A stretch of DNA of 64,000 bases, taken from contig OX597828.1 in assembly GCA_951406725.2 (NCBI GenBank), positions 69,688,001 to 69,752,000 of the forward strand, written 5' to 3'. Made by a program: the position numbers and the translations under genes. Source of the stretch: Octopus vulgaris. Lineage: Eukaryota. The notes beneath the pieces are model-generated. The model was not told the DNA's origin. It worked only from the letters and a program-made list of their open reading frames with translations, and made no database searches. This document shows, in pieces, positions 1 to 14,454 of this stretch; the stretch's first letter is position 1; every line of letters starts with the position of its first letter.

Positions 1-1250
1 TAAACCCCTGTTCAGCCCAGATTGAGTAAACCAGCCATCAGTGTCCCTTATTTTCTTCCAGCTATAGAGTAACCAGGATTACATTGTTCAATGTGACCTC
101 CTAGTTTCTTTTGGAAGTGATTTGAGTAATTGTGTAGAAGTTCCTTCGTTAGCTTGTGTCATTAATAATAGAAAAGGTATCCATTGAGTGGCAACCAACA
201 TGAATCACCTCACACACATTCGTGGTAGAGAGCATGGGTATAAGAAACCAACCAACATAACCCTGAAACTAGAAAATTCCAACACACCTCTCAGTTCTTT
301 TATGAAAGGTCCCACTCTGAAACCTCAAAACACATTTCTCTTTGTGGTGGGGGCCATATTCTGAAATCTCAAAACCTTGCTCTTTACAGCTGAAGCATAA
401 AAACACCATTTCATGATTGGGTTCCAGCTTTGAAATATGAAAGAACTTACCTCTCTTCTTCATCTGTTGGGTGGGATTCTGAAATATAAAAATTAACCTC
501 TTTCCACAGTTGATCTTGTGGTTTGAAATATGAAAAATATGAAAGCTAATATCACTTTTTTTTTTGCTTTTTTCACTCATGTTTGTATTTTCTTTGGTTT
601 TGTATTATGTGTTACATTCATAACATTTTATATATGTAATAAAATAAAAATAAAGATTTAAAAAAAAAAACCTCCTCTTACAGTTGGGATTCTCTTTTGA
701 AATATAAAAACTCATCTCTCTACAAGGTTGGACCATGTTCTAAAATATAAAAATCTCATCCCTCCTCACGGTTAAGCTCATATTCCAAAACATCAAAACA
801 TCTCCCTACTTGGCACCTCAATTAATCCTATCTTACACATTGTATTTTTTTCCCTCAAACGTGGACCTTCACTCGTTTCCTTGGCCCCCCACATATTCTT
901 GTTTAACCCCCTGGTGCCCTTCTGGCTATTCATGCCTTTTATTCATCATGCCCAGAACTACGTTATCTTGTTTATTATCCCTTCTATCTTTAAAAGGGGA
1001 AGGTTTGGATGAGTATAAGCTGCCATTTCTAGCAGGTTGAATGATTGTGTTGGTACCCTTTTCTAGGCTTTGTTTGAATCCGTGAAGAGCATAGAAAAGG
1101 GTATCAACACAATCATTTGCGGGAGAACCAGATCTGTGTCACCCCCGAATTACATCTCTCTTGCTCTCCCCCTGTTAAAACTGTGGCCCCTACTCCCTTT
1201 GTATTTAAACAGGTTCTAATTAAGACACCCTATTTCTTTCTCTTTCACAG

Positions 1251-1286
1251 CAAAGAACTGACTTAAGGTTGCGTGAAATGTTGGAG
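1251..1286 (+). CDS. VPS50: VPS50 internal exon (first in window; 36 nt, QRTDLRLREMLE)
   Basis: tttcacag|CAA...GAG|gtaagt; matches VPS50 QRTDVRLSEMLE; phase 0/0. Confidence 0.9.
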
Positions 1287-2173
1287 GTAAGTCACTTTCC
1301 GTTGCCTGACTGATCTACAGTCTACTAGTCTACTATGGGGTGGATGGGTAGGACTAGTTCATTTACTAATTAAGGGATATGAGAGAAGGTCAGGATCTAG
1401 GAGAGTGTGATTGTTGACTGTGGTCATTGTAAAGATAGTCCACTGACCTGGGTAGAAGGGGTGGGGTGAGCTTATTATTTGAAATAGGGATAACAGGATA
1501 GGACCAATTCCACATGAAAGAAGCCCATCATGTCTGTGTTTGTATCTGTCTGTTGATTAATTGTGTGTGTGGATGTGTGAGTTTGTATTTCCCTCACTTT
1601 GATTGCTTCCAGTTCTCTGCTTAGCCATATCAGTCTGTTAGTTGTTCAATAGACTGGGAGATTCTTACCTCTCTTGGAAATGAGTGTTGGTGACAGGAAG
1701 GTCATCCAACTGTAGAAAACACATTCTTCTTTGATTCAAGGAACCTAAGAAAAGTAGGCATTAAAACGATGATGATGATGAGGAGGAGGATGTGTCATTC
1801 TTGTGTGTGTGTGGTTTGTACTCAGCCTCAGAAAATAAACTATTTGGCTTTGTTGATGTATATGTGTTTAGGACAAATTGCATTTTATTGTGCTGTGAGC
1901 CCTAGAAAAGTTCTCTGTGGCTAAACTAAAGGCTCCTTTCTACTCCTCATCAATTCCTATTTGATATTATTGCTCTCCAAGATGGATAACCTGCAATAAG
2001 GCATGCATAGCTCATATCTTATTTGCCTGTCTTGGCTAAAAGAACAGCATTGATTTTAAAGTTATAAAAAGGGTTAGGTGGACACGATAAAGGTGTTTTG
2101 CTTAAATACACACTCACCCTACAAAAGAAAAGTTGGTTTTGTTGAATGTGTTAAAATCTGTTGCATAAATTTA

Positions 2174-2660
2174 CATCATCGTCATCATCGTTGTTTAATG
2201 TCCGCTTTCTATGCTGGCATGGGTTGGACAGTTTGATGGAGGACTGGTGAGCCAGAAGGCTGCACCAGGCTCCAATCTGATCTGGCAAAGTTTCTACAGC
2301 TGAATGCCCTTCCTAACGCCAACCACTCCAAGTATGTAGTGGGTGCTTTTATGTGACACCGGCATGAGGGCCAGTCAGGCAGTTCTGGCAACGACCACAC
2401 TCAAAAGGTGTTTTTTACATGCTACCTGCACGGGAGCCAGTCAGGCAGCACTGGCAGTGACCATGCTTGAATGTTGTTTTTCACTTGCCACTGGCACATG
2501 TGCTGGTAAGATGACGCGAGCAGCGATCACACTCGATTGGTGCTTTTCACATGTCACCGGCACAGGAGCCAATCCGTGGCCCTGGCAATGATCACGCTCA
2601 GATGCGCTTTTAACGTTCCACTGGCATTAGTGCCAATCAGGCGGAACTGTCATCGGCCAT
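2174..2660 (-). mobile_element. High-copy SINE-like family A with (GAT)n tail; other copies at about 3672, 6988, 7578, 16830(+), 22032, 24677(+), 28951, 34770(+), 38735(+), 42270(+), 46800(+), 53197
   Basis: Shared core tttctacagctggatgcccttcctaacgccaaccact..gtgtagtgggtgctttt, internal ~50-bp subrepeats and ggacgttaaacgatgatgat terminus. Confidence 0.85.
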
Positions 2661-2699
2661 AATCATTAAACACTGGAAACTTAGGAATTCTGCATATAT

Positions 2700-3067
2700 T
2701 ATTATTCTGTAGTTTTATTTTTATAACGTGATTTCACTTCACTACCGATCACAGCTCTGTGTGCCTTGGGTATGTGAGGGGTTTGTTGTGATGTTCTGAT
2801 GGTTACTGTATTGAAAGTCTTCTGCGTAGGATGTGTGCAATGCCCTGTAGTGCAATTTTCTGTATATTATATGTGTTTGTAAGTCCTGGTGTTTTTGTTA
2901 TATATTTGTCTGAATATTTTTTTATCATACCTAATGCGCCGATATGATAGGAATTGTTTCTGTTTTTAGATTCCACATTCGAGTACCTCTATTTCCAGGT
3001 CTTTGTATTTTGAAAGTTTCTCCATTTCTTCTAGAGAAATGATGTCATCTGCTAGTATTGATACATC
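2700..3067 (-). mobile_element. 5'-truncated R4/Dong-like non-LTR retrotransposon 3' end (REL endonuclease tail)
   Basis: Minus translation DVSILADD..EMEKLSKYKDLEIEV..GALGMIKK..IQKIALQGIAHILRR resembles the R4-clade C-terminus; flanked by (TAA)n/(ATT)n runs. Confidence 0.72.
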
Positions 3068-3186
3068 ATCATCATCAATTAGAAAATTATTATTATTATT
3101 ATTATTATCAGTGGTAGTAGTAGTAATTCACTGATAAATAAATGGTAAGAACATCTCACCATCTCTCTCTCTCTCTCTCTCCACAG

Positions 3187-3411
3187 GAAGAAGACTATAG
3201 CGGTGCCATCCAGTTATGTCTAGAGTGCCAAAATGCTGCCAGTACCTTCAGACATTACCATTGTATCAGTGAACTGAACTTCAAACTCCAAGACACTTTG
3301 GAACTCATCGAAGAACAACTAGACGTAGCATTGTCAAAGACCTGCAACAGTTTTGATGTTGCTCACTACAGCAAGGTCCAGACGGCCTACAGACTTCTGG
3401 GTAAGACACAG
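3187..3411 (+). CDS. VPS50: VPS50 exon ([15 protein letters not shown]...YRLLGKTQ)
   Basis: ccacag acceptor, gtaagg donor; near-identical to syndetin [24 protein letters not shown]. Confidence 0.97.
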
Positions 3412-5583
3412 GTAAGGACTGGACCCTGGATATAACTAACGATGTAGTGGTGGTGGTGGCAGCATTACTAGTGATGGTGTGGAGTGTGATGGTGCCAATT
3501 CTATACTAATGGTAGCAGTGGTAGTAGTGATAGTAGTATGGTTGTAGTAATAGTAGTATTGGTGGAAGTGGTGATGAGAATATTATTGATGTTGGTGGTG
3601 GTGATAATGCTAGAACCTGACTGTGATGGTGTAGGGTGTGATGATGCCAATATTAGTTTGAGTGTGGTGATCATCATTATTGTCAATTAACGCCCGCTTT
3701 CCATGCTAGCATGGGTTGGATGATTTGATTGAGGACTGGCGAACAAGATAGCTGCACTAGGTTCCAGTCTGATCATCAGTGTTTCTACAGCTGGATGTCC
3801 TTCCTAACGCCAACCACTCTGAGAGTGTAGTGGGTGCTTTTACGTGCCACCAGCATGAGGGCCAGTCAGGTGGTACTGGCAACGACCACGCTCAAATGGT
3901 GTTTTTTATGTGCCACCTGCACAGGAGCCAGTCAAGTGGCACTGGCAACGACCTCACTTGACTATTTTTTCACATGCCACTGGCACATGTGCCAGTAAGG
4001 CGACACTAGTAACGATCACACTTGAATGGTGCTTTTTACGTGCCACAAGCACGGAAACCAGTCAGCTGCTCTGGCAACAATCATGCTCGGATAAAAGTAC
4101 TAAATGGTAATAATTATTTGTGGTGGTGGTGGTGGCATTGGGAATAATGTTGGCAAAAGTGCCAATGGTGGTGGTGGTGGTGGTAATGGTAGTATTGATG
4201 ATATTGGTGGTGGTTATAAAAGCAGTACTGGCTGTGGTGGTGGTGGTAGTGATGGTAGTAGTAATGGTAAATATTATGATGTAGTGTTTCCCACACTTAG
4301 AATGTGTGGCCACTGTTGTATCCTACACTGGTAGCCACAATATTTTCTTGGTATCGGATGCAGTGTATCTCTTCTATACCGGAATGGTAATACACCGTTT
4401 CGTCTATTGGGTTATTGCAGATGACTCTGCAAGACACCGACTTTGAACCGTCTTCCTTGACTCTGACTCGGCTCTAACACGTAACTTGACACTTGACTCC
4501 AACTGACTCTACAATGACTGATACATGACTTCCCGTACTTGTCCCCTGCGAGGGGTGTACCATTTCCTCTACATCTCCCCTTTTAGTTTTTTCTTTTTAG
4601 GAAGCAATTTTATTTTACTTTATTCACCCCCCCTCCTTTTTGAGTTTTTTATTTTTTTAAAATTTGTACTACTTAATATTTTTTTCTTTTTTGGCATCTG
4701 TTTTCAGGAACTCTGTGTCCTTCGTTTTCTTCCACTTTTATGCTTTGGTTTGACCTCCTGTAACTTATCCCATGGGAGGGCTGCACTATTTCCACTACAA
4801 TAGTAATGGTGGTGGTGGTCATAATAGGATTAGTGACTGTATGGTAGGGGTGATGGTGACAGTAGAAGTACTAGTTGTGGTGGTGGTCATAATGAGAGTA
4901 CTAAATGTTAATAGTATTGGTAGTGGTGATGGTGGAGGTGGCATGGTTGATGGTATCAGTAGAGACAGAAAATATACATCTGTCTAGGTTTGTATGCTGA
5001 CATTCCAACCTAGGCAGGTATTTTCACATTTTTGTTTTCTTTGTACCTTTGTAAATGGTTATTTTACCTGAAATATCAAAACGTATCAATTTGTAAGAAA
5101 ACACTTCAATATCTTTGTTGTTCTTGATATTTAATCTTCCTGATGCAAGGCTGTAACCTTCTTCAAGAACACCCTTTTTGTTGTTTTCTATATATTTCAC
5201 AATTCTTCAAGCAGACTGCTGCATCTTCTCAGCTCCTGACTGGAGCATCGTGGTGCTATGATGTAAGGCACTGACCTGTATTTGGTGGGTGGATTCCATA
5301 GTTTTAGTGACGAGAACCACCATTACCATCATGTTCGCTACCTTCATCATCATCATTTGCTATACCATTGACACCAATACCATCATCATCTACTCTAATC
5401 ATCATCATCACCATTATTTTCATCATCGTCATTTTCATCAGCATCCTCATCGTCGTCATCATTACCATGTTGGTGTTAATGATGATGACAGCTATCCTTG
5501 AACCTCCAATCCCGTCTTTCCGTGCTATCATGTGATGCTGTTTACCTGTCATGTGACCCTCTCTTCTGTGATTATTCCCACAG

Positions 5584-5724
5584 GTGGCCATGGACCAGTT
5601 ACACATGCACTACACCAGTGCAATCCACAACACAGCGTTCACAATCGTTCTGGGTTACGTGGAGCTCTACTCTGGCACCACCTCAACCAACTTTCAGAAA
5701 AAGCAATATTCAGATTTATGCAAA
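5584..5724 (+). CDS. VPS50: VPS50 exon ([17 protein letters not shown]...QYSDLCK)
   Basis: cccacag / gtaagt; conserved AMDQLHMH motif; 141 nt, phase 0. Confidence 0.97.
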
Positions 5725-6020
5725 GTAAGTCACACGTTTTACTTTCTTGGATTTATTTATCATTTGTTTGTTGAAATTCATTTGATTTTTACTTCCATTT
5801 ACCTATGCTAACATGGGTTAGATGAATGTATTATTGAAGTGCTGTGAGATACCCTTCCTGTGGCTAACCCTTAACTGTCTTTCTAACAAGGTCCATACCT
5901 TATTCTTAAGTCTTCGAAGATGCAAAGTGAGCAGACGGCCCATGGACAGGTGGGTGCGACATCAATGTCACTGTCTATGGCTGAGTGATTTTGGGAGGAA
6001 TGCAGCCACACACACACACA

Positions 6021-6068
<48 letters not shown>

Positions 6069-6794
6069 CTCTCACTCTCACACACACACACACACATTCT
6101 CCCTCTCTCTCACAGGCACACACACACACACAGACATATATACACACACCCGTGCACATTTCCATCTACAAAATTCACTCAGAAGGCATTAGTCAGCCCA
6201 GGGCTGTAATAGAAGACACTTGCCCAAGGTGCCATGCAGTGGGACTGAACTTGAAACCCTGTGGTTGGGAAGCAAACTTCATACCCATACAAGCTGTAAT
6301 TATTATTGTTGTCTGTTTTTCAAAGTCTTTCAACATACAAAAAAGAAGAAAAAAAAACAACAAAATCTATAATAATAATAATAATAATAATAATAACTGA
6401 GAATGTCATCTACTTTGTTGTTGTTTGTTTGTTTTCCCTTAATTAAACGTATGGAGTGGTTGTGTTTTCATTCCAGTGGGACGAGATACCAATTACAGCT
6501 GGTCATGATCTGGTTAGTTCAACACAATAGCTTTTGTTATCACTCCATATCATTATTGTTATTTATTATTATTGGCATTAGTCTACCTTTATTTCTTTAA
6601 TTCTTTGTTTATTTGTTTTTTTTAATCATTTCTTTGAGTTTAATTTTTTTAATTTAATACTTATGGTGTTGTCTTGGTTTGGAAGGTTGAATTAGAATTT
6701 TAGAATTTTCATTGTTAAAATAGAAAGAAAAAGAAAAATTAAAGCAGAATTCTACCTGCTACTATCAAACACTTGAAATAACCCCTCACCTTAA

Positions 6795-7556
6795 ACCTTT
6801 TTGATGCCAACCTGCCCTCAGGCTGCCCCTGGTTCTAAGATTAAAATGATCTAATTTCAAAACCTTCCATCAAACTTTCCTGTTCTTTACGTTACAAACA
6901 TCAGTTTAACAATGATTTGTGTATTTTACTAAATTCTTTATTGTTTTAAAAATTAATTCAAATAACAACAGCATATCTCAGCAGAAATCATCATCATCAT
7001 CATCGTTTAACGTCCGTTTTCCGTGCTAGCATGGGTTGGACGGTTCAGCTGGGGTCTGGGAAGCCAGAAGACTGCACCAGGCACCAGTCCGATCTGGCAG
7101 TGTTTCTACAGCTGGATGCCCTTCCTAACGCCAACCACTCCAAGAGTGTAGTGGGTGCTTTTTACGTGCCACCGGCACAGGGGCCAGGCGAGGCTGGCAA
7201 TGGCCACAATCGGATGGTGCATTTTATGTGCCACCGGCATGGAGGCCAGTAGGGGCGGCGCTGGCAACGGCCACGTTCGGATGGTTCTCTTACATGCCAC
7301 TGGCACTGGTATCACAGCTACAAATTCCATTGATGTTGATCGATTTTGATTTTGATTTTCACTTGCCTCAACAGGTCTTCACAAGCAGGGTTTGTGTCAC
7401 AAGAAGGAAAGGTATGCATAAGTGGGCTGGCTACGTCCCAGGTAGAGGCCACGGGTTATGGTCTCACTTGTCCTGCTGGGTCTTCCCATGCACAGCATAT
7501 TTCCAAAGGTCTCGGTCTCTGGTCATTTCCTCGGTGAGACTGAGGTAACAAAAGGG
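6795..7556 (+). mobile_element. Old piggyBac-type MITE interrupted by a SINE-like insertion (~6988-7545)
   Basis: TTAA|acctttttgat ... gtaacaaaaggg|TTAA ends; 3' part resembles the piggyBac element at 51169-52254. Confidence 0.6.
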
Positions 7557-8861
7557 TTAATGCCTGCCTGCCTCCTTTATCATCATCATCATCGTCATCG
7601 TTTAATGTCCACTTCTCATGCTAGCATGGGTTGGACGGTTTCGCTGGGGACTGGCAAACCAGGAGGCTGTGCCAGGCTCCAATCTGATCTGGTAAGATTT
7701 CTACAGCTGGATGCCCTTCCTAATGCCAACCACTACCAGAGTGTAGTGGGTGCTTTTTTACATGTCACTGGCACGAGAGCTAGTCAGGTGGCGGGCTGGC
7801 ATTGACCATGCTTGAATAGTGCTTCTTACGTGCCACCGGCATGGGAGCCAGTCAGGCGGCACTGGCAACGACCATACTCGAATGGCGCTTTTTACGTGCC
7901 CATCATCATCATCATACTTTCACTTCTCTGTGTTGAGACAATTTATTTTGGCAAATTCTCTATAAAGACTGTGACTCTGCAGTTTCATTGGAATGCCAAC
8001 CAAAAGAGTGCTTAGCAGCATCTCTCCCGTTCCTCCAGCATTCTGAGTTCAAATCTTGCCTTGATCTGTTTTTGCCTTTCATCCTTTTAGGATCAATAAA
8101 ATAAAGTCCCAATCATGTACTGGAGTCGATGTAATTAACCTTTGTCCCCACCTTCAAATTTACTAGCCTTGGGCTGAAATTAGAAAGTGTTATTATTATG
8201 GTAGGAAGCTGGCAGAATCGTTAGCATGTCAGGCAAGAATGCTTAGTGGCAGTTCTTCTGGTACTTTGCATTCTGTGTTCAAGTCCTACCAATGTCAACT
8301 TTGCCTTTGATCCTTTCAGGGTCAATAAAATACATGGGGTCAATCTAATTGGCCTACCCCTCCCCCAAATTGCTGGCCTTGTGCCAAAATTTGAAACCAT
8401 TATTATTACTATTGATTATTATAATAATGACAAATAAATCATAAATTTTCAATTGAAACGGTAAATTTCTAATTCAACTTTCCTCTAAAACTGTCTGCAC
8501 ATGTTCCATGTTTCTTTGTGTATGTATGTATGTAAGTATGGATGCATGTGTGTGTGTGTATACATATATATAAATTAGATTATATATATGTTATGTAATA
8601 TATATATTCCATATAATGTTATGTATATTTCCATACACACACGTGTGAGTGTGTGTGTATTTCTGCATGTTACTCTCTTTCTCACTTTCTCTTTCTCTGT
8701 CTTGCTAAAGAGTTCAGTCTTCAGTTACCCACCCACACTTTGGTAAAAGGTTCCCTTGCATTATGCCTGGTGGTATTTCTTTATCCTTACTGTAAAAGTT
8801 TCTGGGTGCTTCTTCATGGTATTCTTTCTTTTTTGTATCTCTTCCTAGCCCCACTACATTT

Positions 8862-8925
<64 letters not shown>

Positions 8926-9572
8926 AAAGGTAAAATTTAAAAGTGTAGTAAAGTTAGAGATGAAGCAGGCTATTCAAAATGTTGGCAATTCCTGTGCAAA
9001 ACTTTAGATTGTCTTCCTCAGTCACAAGTGGACAGCCATTATCTATCTACCTATATAAAAGAGGAAAAAAACTTGCACACTTTGGCTTTGGTAAGGATTC
9101 AATGGCACTAGATGTGCTAGGATCGAGCTGAAAATTTACACACCTATAGAAGGCGTGGTGTAGTTCCGGCCAGAGTAGGTTTCAAGTCTCTATCTCGATA
9201 ACAAAGGCCCGAAACAATGCATTTTCTGCGAGTGGATGTCATACACTATTGCCTTGAGTTGTGTTCACACAACATGTTAGATTCTACGCGTGACTGCGCG
9301 TGTTTGCGCGAATGCAACGGAAAAATGGGGCAAAAACATGTTCAATTTTTTAGTTTTTCAAAAAACAAAATATGAGCATATACGTAGAAAAATTTCCTGA
9401 ATCAATTGGAGCAAGTTTGAATTCTCCAGCTTGAAAAATGCAAATTCTAGCAGTTTTGAGTGTGCCTTTTCAAGGAGTTCTCAGTTGAAAATGGTGTCAA
9501 AAAATAGCTCAAAATGAGAGAATTATTTTGCAGACCCAATCGACTCAAAAATCGAACAGGAAGTGCTCTTAA

Positions 9573-9959
9573 TCTGTATGTATAAAGCTGAAGTTGTCTA
9601 TGTGTGGCAGGTTTGGTAGCCTTCAACCAACACTATTTCTTCCAAGACCCTGTGGCGCAAGTTGACCAAAATTGAGAGTATGATAGAAGGCTTGCTCTTC
9701 ATTCTGTAGAAGATAAAATTAAAATCAGACCATTTTAACACCAAAAATTATTTACATCAAAAAGGTGCTTTTTGTCTATGGTAATCTCTATATTTTACGA
9801 TTTTTTGACAGCTGTGTCACCATTTTTCGGTGTATTTCAACCAGAAAAATGTTCACTTAAAGAGAATAACAAGCTACATAATGCAAATTTTTTACTTTTC
9901 AAAAATTCCAATTCTAAAGGGTCGAAACAAACCTGAGCAATGCCAGGTGATACTGCTAG
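9573..9959 (+). mobile_element. Non-autonomous Helitron-like element
   Basis: A|TCtgtatgtataaa start and cctgagcaatgccagg hairpin followed by tactgCTAG|T end; inserted at an AT site, no TSD. Confidence 0.65.
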
Positions 9960-11983
9960 TATATATATAAAAGAATTAATTTAAGACTGTCGGAGCTAAT
10001 AATTGTCGGTTACAATGAAAAAATAAAAACCCTGTTAATTAGATTTGTAAAATGAGACAAGTTCATTAAAGAAGCCATAGTTGTGTAACGTTGGAACTCG
10101 CCTCTCCTTTACATATTTACCTAATTTTATGAATTTTTCTTCACATTTATTGTATATTATGTCGTGCATGTTGTATTTTATAGAATTGTTCATCTTGTCT
10201 ACCCAGCCTCATCAAATAATTAGTGTATTTATATTTTAGATCTCTATATATTATTTGCCTGTCTTTTTCTGTTGTTCTTCTCATGTCTTTATTGCTTTGC
10301 CATGTTGTCTCTATAAATATTCTTAGCTCTATTCTATTTTCATAGCTACAATAGTTGTGACACCATATGTAGTCTTAGAAACTCATTTTGCTCACATTAA
10401 CAATACATTGATGTTAGTATTCGTTGTTTTAGTGTCGTTATTTTTGAAAATAAATGTTTCCTTTTTGCCAGAAGTCTTACCACTTTTTTCTGATTCTCTT
10501 CTTTGGATTTTGTCTGTCGAATTTTCACTGCCTCGTTCCCATTATTCCTGAAATTGTTGGTGTACTATCAGAAAATAACAAATAATAATTTTAAAAAATT
10601 ATTTTCTTCAAGGCGGTGCTCCAGCATGGCCGTAGTCAAGTGACTGAAAGAAGTAAAAGAATTCCTAATTGACATTTCTTAACCCAATTATCTCCCTTAG
10701 CTTCTGACACCATATCATCCGCTTTCTCGTCCATATATGGTGGTCAGGTGAAGTACACAAGTGTAACATATGCAGATATACCAATTCCTCTCTCTCTCTC
10801 TCTCCACACACACACACACACACACACTCTCCTACACATTGTTTAGTTCTGAGAATGAATGATAACTACAAGAAAAGCTAGTTTGTCTTTTCTTTGTAGT
10901 TTGGGTTTTAAGATCCCAGAGACAGGAGACGGGTATATATATATATATATATTATATAGTTAGCTACATAGATAGAGAGACAGGTATATGTATACACACA
11001 CATGCACAATATTAGTGATGGTTTCATTTGGAAGGAATTTCCACAATTTCCAAGCAATCTGCTTAAAAATGTTGGTAGCCATTTTGGAGAAGAATATTTA
11101 TCACCAAAAAAGGTGTTGAATACTCACATTGTTTAGTACTACCTATCGTGTACACACACACACACACACACAGATGTACATAGAGAGAAAGTGAAAGCTT
11201 ATACACCAGTCTTTTATAGTCTTTGTTAGTTTTTTTAATGAATCGGTTTTTGTTTGTTGTATTTTTTAAAAATTTGCATATCACACCTTGTTGTTGTCAT
11301 CCAATCCAGCAGACCTATAAAGTATTATTTCTGTAACTATAACATTTTTATTTTTCCAAACAAAATATATCTAGCTCTACATTATAACCAATTTATCCAG
11401 TTTTTAAGATGGAGCATGTAATTTACAGGGAGATTCAGCTGCTATTTCTAACAGATCGTGTGACCTTGTTTGCACACATTCTTTAGCTCGTTAGCATATG
11501 AATTGTTGGGACAAGTGTTTTCTGATCAGCTGCCAACTTGTTAATATTATTAAGCATTGGTGTGGGATGTAGGAATGAACATGTCAAGCAGCTTAGATTA
11601 AAGATTATCTGTGGATCAGTTCTGGTGAGACACAAAAATGTTAATTGGGTGTTCACATGAGGGGAGATAACTCGATTAGTTATGAATGACACGACGCTAT
11701 TTCGTTTCCACTGCATTGATTTTCCTTCCTCTCCTATATTAATAGAAGCACACACACACATTCGTGGTGTTGATAAATAAGTATCTGTCATAAACTAGGC
11801 TCATTTCTCTCTTTCCCATAGGTAGAAAGAAGGTGTGGACAGACCTGAAGAGGAGGGATGATCTCTGCCAGGTTAAAATATCCGAGACAAGCTGTGTGTG
11901 TGTGTGGAGAGAGGACATCCCTCTCACCATTTTGTCCAACTTACCAACAATTCTAGCAACTCTCTAACTTATTATTATTATTA

Positions 11984-12019
<36 letters not shown>

Positions 12020-14454
12020 CCTTTCCCCTATAGGCACAAACTCCCAAATTTTGGTTGAGGGGACTAGTCAATTACGTGGACCCGAGTACCTGTCTAGTGC
12101 TTATATCACTGATCCTGAAAAGAGGAAAGACAAAATCGACCTTGACCGATTTTGAACTCAGAATGTTAAAGCAGCAGGAATGCTGGTCAGCATTTGTCCG
12201 GTGCTGGAGCAATTCTGCCAGCTGACCACACTAACAACAACGGTTTCAAATTTTGGCCCAAACCCAGCAATTTCAGGGGAGAGGGTAATAATGGTCGCAT
12301 CGACCCCAGTGTGCAACTGGTACTAATTCTATGAACGGATGAAAGGTAAAATAAGTCGACTGTGGCAGAGTTTGATCACAGAATGTAAAGCTAGTTGAAA
12401 AGCTGCTGAGTCCTTGGCCTGGCATGCTAACGAGTCTGCCAGCCATAATAATAATAATAATAATAATCATCATCATCACTTCGCTTCATTGTTCCATGAC
12501 TCTTCCTTTATAATACAAAGTCTTGAAAGATTTTATTTAATGTTTGTTTTATTAACTAATTTAATTAACCATTTTATTTTTTGTTCTCTGCACCAGTTTA
12601 TGCAGTTAGCTGCTGCATGGCCATGTTCATACACATATTTGGGCTGTTTTAGACATATTGTGCATGTTTCTAATTCTTGCTAGTATTTACCTCTGTGTGT
12701 ATATATGAGGATATATTTGTGTGTGTGTGTAAACTATGTCCAGTGTTGCAGCAACAGAACTTTACTGCATCCAGTGTATAATCATTCTGGATCTGTCCAA
12801 CAGAGCCCTACTACGTCCAAAACAAAGACACAGTCGTACAGCAATTAGACTAATGACAGGTATATACACCATATATCTGTGTGTTCCTTCTAGGCTGACC
12901 TCTCGCTAAATCGAACATGTATAGATCCAATAAAACAGCAGTAACAGATCCTACACCAATAAACCATGCTGGATTAACAGTGGCAATGCTAAATCCAGTC
13001 TACTTTTGTGTGTGCACGTGCATGCGTGTGTGTGTGTGTGTGTGTGTGTATGTTTGAGGATGTGTATGGATGTGAAGATGTCTTTCTGTGTTTGTCAGCC
13101 TCAAGAAAAATTGTATGAAATATGGTTAGAACGGTTTTATGTTGCCAAGTTCCCATTTTGATTAGAGATCTTTTGAAGGTAGGTCCTCTTATTATTGTGT
13201 TCTCATAAGATCTGCTGCAAACCTGGGAGGAAGGTATCCAAGCATCAGGGGCCTGACCCAAATGCTTAACGTAACGAACTTCACTAAATGTACCCAAGGC
13301 CCAGGTGATGGTGGTGAAGCTGGGTGATTGATTAAGCCTACCTGTAAAGGTGCTCAAGGACCAGGTGGTAGATTAAGTTGACCCTTCATGTTGCATGTAG
13401 TGATGGTGTTGTATGGATTTATTGTTGTTGTGCATGTGATGTTGTTGTTATGCAATGGATGTAGATCCAGGGATTTGTTTTTGCTGTCTAAAGTTATCTC
13501 CCTTGCCTACTTACCATGTCCTAAGGATCACTTTCTGTAAGTTTACATAACTTGGGTGTCTGACATCTTAGTTGCTCTTGTTTAGTACCAGGTTCACATC
13601 TGTTCAAAGTGACATTCCAGTCGTGGCCATCCTGTTCTATATTCAAGCATAATGTATCTAGGACTACATTACTTTATGTATCCTTCTGTTAAGATGGATG
13701 AGTACGATTCATGACAGATTTGACTGCTATTTCTAGCGGGTGAGCATATAAAGGTTCCCCTCATTGGTTCAGTGAGAGAAAGGTTCATCTGCTGGATGTG
13801 AGAAGTTGTTGCGTGGAAGGGAGCAAGGCCAGAAGAAAGAAAGAAAGAACTGGTCAGATCCGGTTTTGGGATGTTGCAGGTTTCTCACAGATAGGACAAT
13901 ACGGGGCTCAGAGAAATGGCATTGGACAGCAGACAGGGCCAAGTCACGGGTGGCGGAATGAAGGAAGTGGGGTTGAAACGGGGGTGGAGATGACAAGGAC
14001 GATTGTGAGGGTGACACTGCGATGCAGGGTAACATAGCAATGACATGGCTGTTAGAAGGGTGTGTGAAGCACTCAATAGGGGTGTGTGGCAGTCAGTAGA
14101 GAGTGTAGTAGCAGTTATAAATGTGAGAGTCAATAAAAGGGTGGATTGGCAGAGAGTGAGGGTGGAGTGTGAATGGAAATCTGGCCAAGGTTTCCCTTCA
14201 AAGTTTCAAATCACAGGCCGAGCCCAGTTGAAGCTACCCTAGCTATGTTGACCTTCCATTGAGGCAACCACACAACAACATACGACTCCCTCTCCTCTGT
14301 GCCACTCCACTGCCCATCATCTACAGCCTTGGGCTCAGGTCCCTTTAATCTCGTTAGATTCTAATCAATACGTTCGTTTGACCAAACCGCTTTCATTACT
14401 GTGCAGTCTCTTTATGTTTGTGTCTCATCTTCTGCCTCTTCCTCTTCTGCCCAG

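Noticed and set aside
3401-3411. Alternative donor GTAAGA 11 nt upstream of the VPS50 donor at 3412
   Set aside because: Out of frame and a by-product of the conserved GKTQ codons
5822-6400. 192-aa ORF with His/Thr repeats, and similar poly-H, poly-G, YI and CV ORFs throughout
   Set aside because: Translations of (CA)n, (CAT)n, (GGT)n and (TA)n microsatellites and SINEs inside introns
7031-7330. Recurrent peptides FLQLDALPNANHS / EWLALGRASSCRN suggesting a multigene family
   Set aside because: They are translations of the non-coding SINE family A core in different frames
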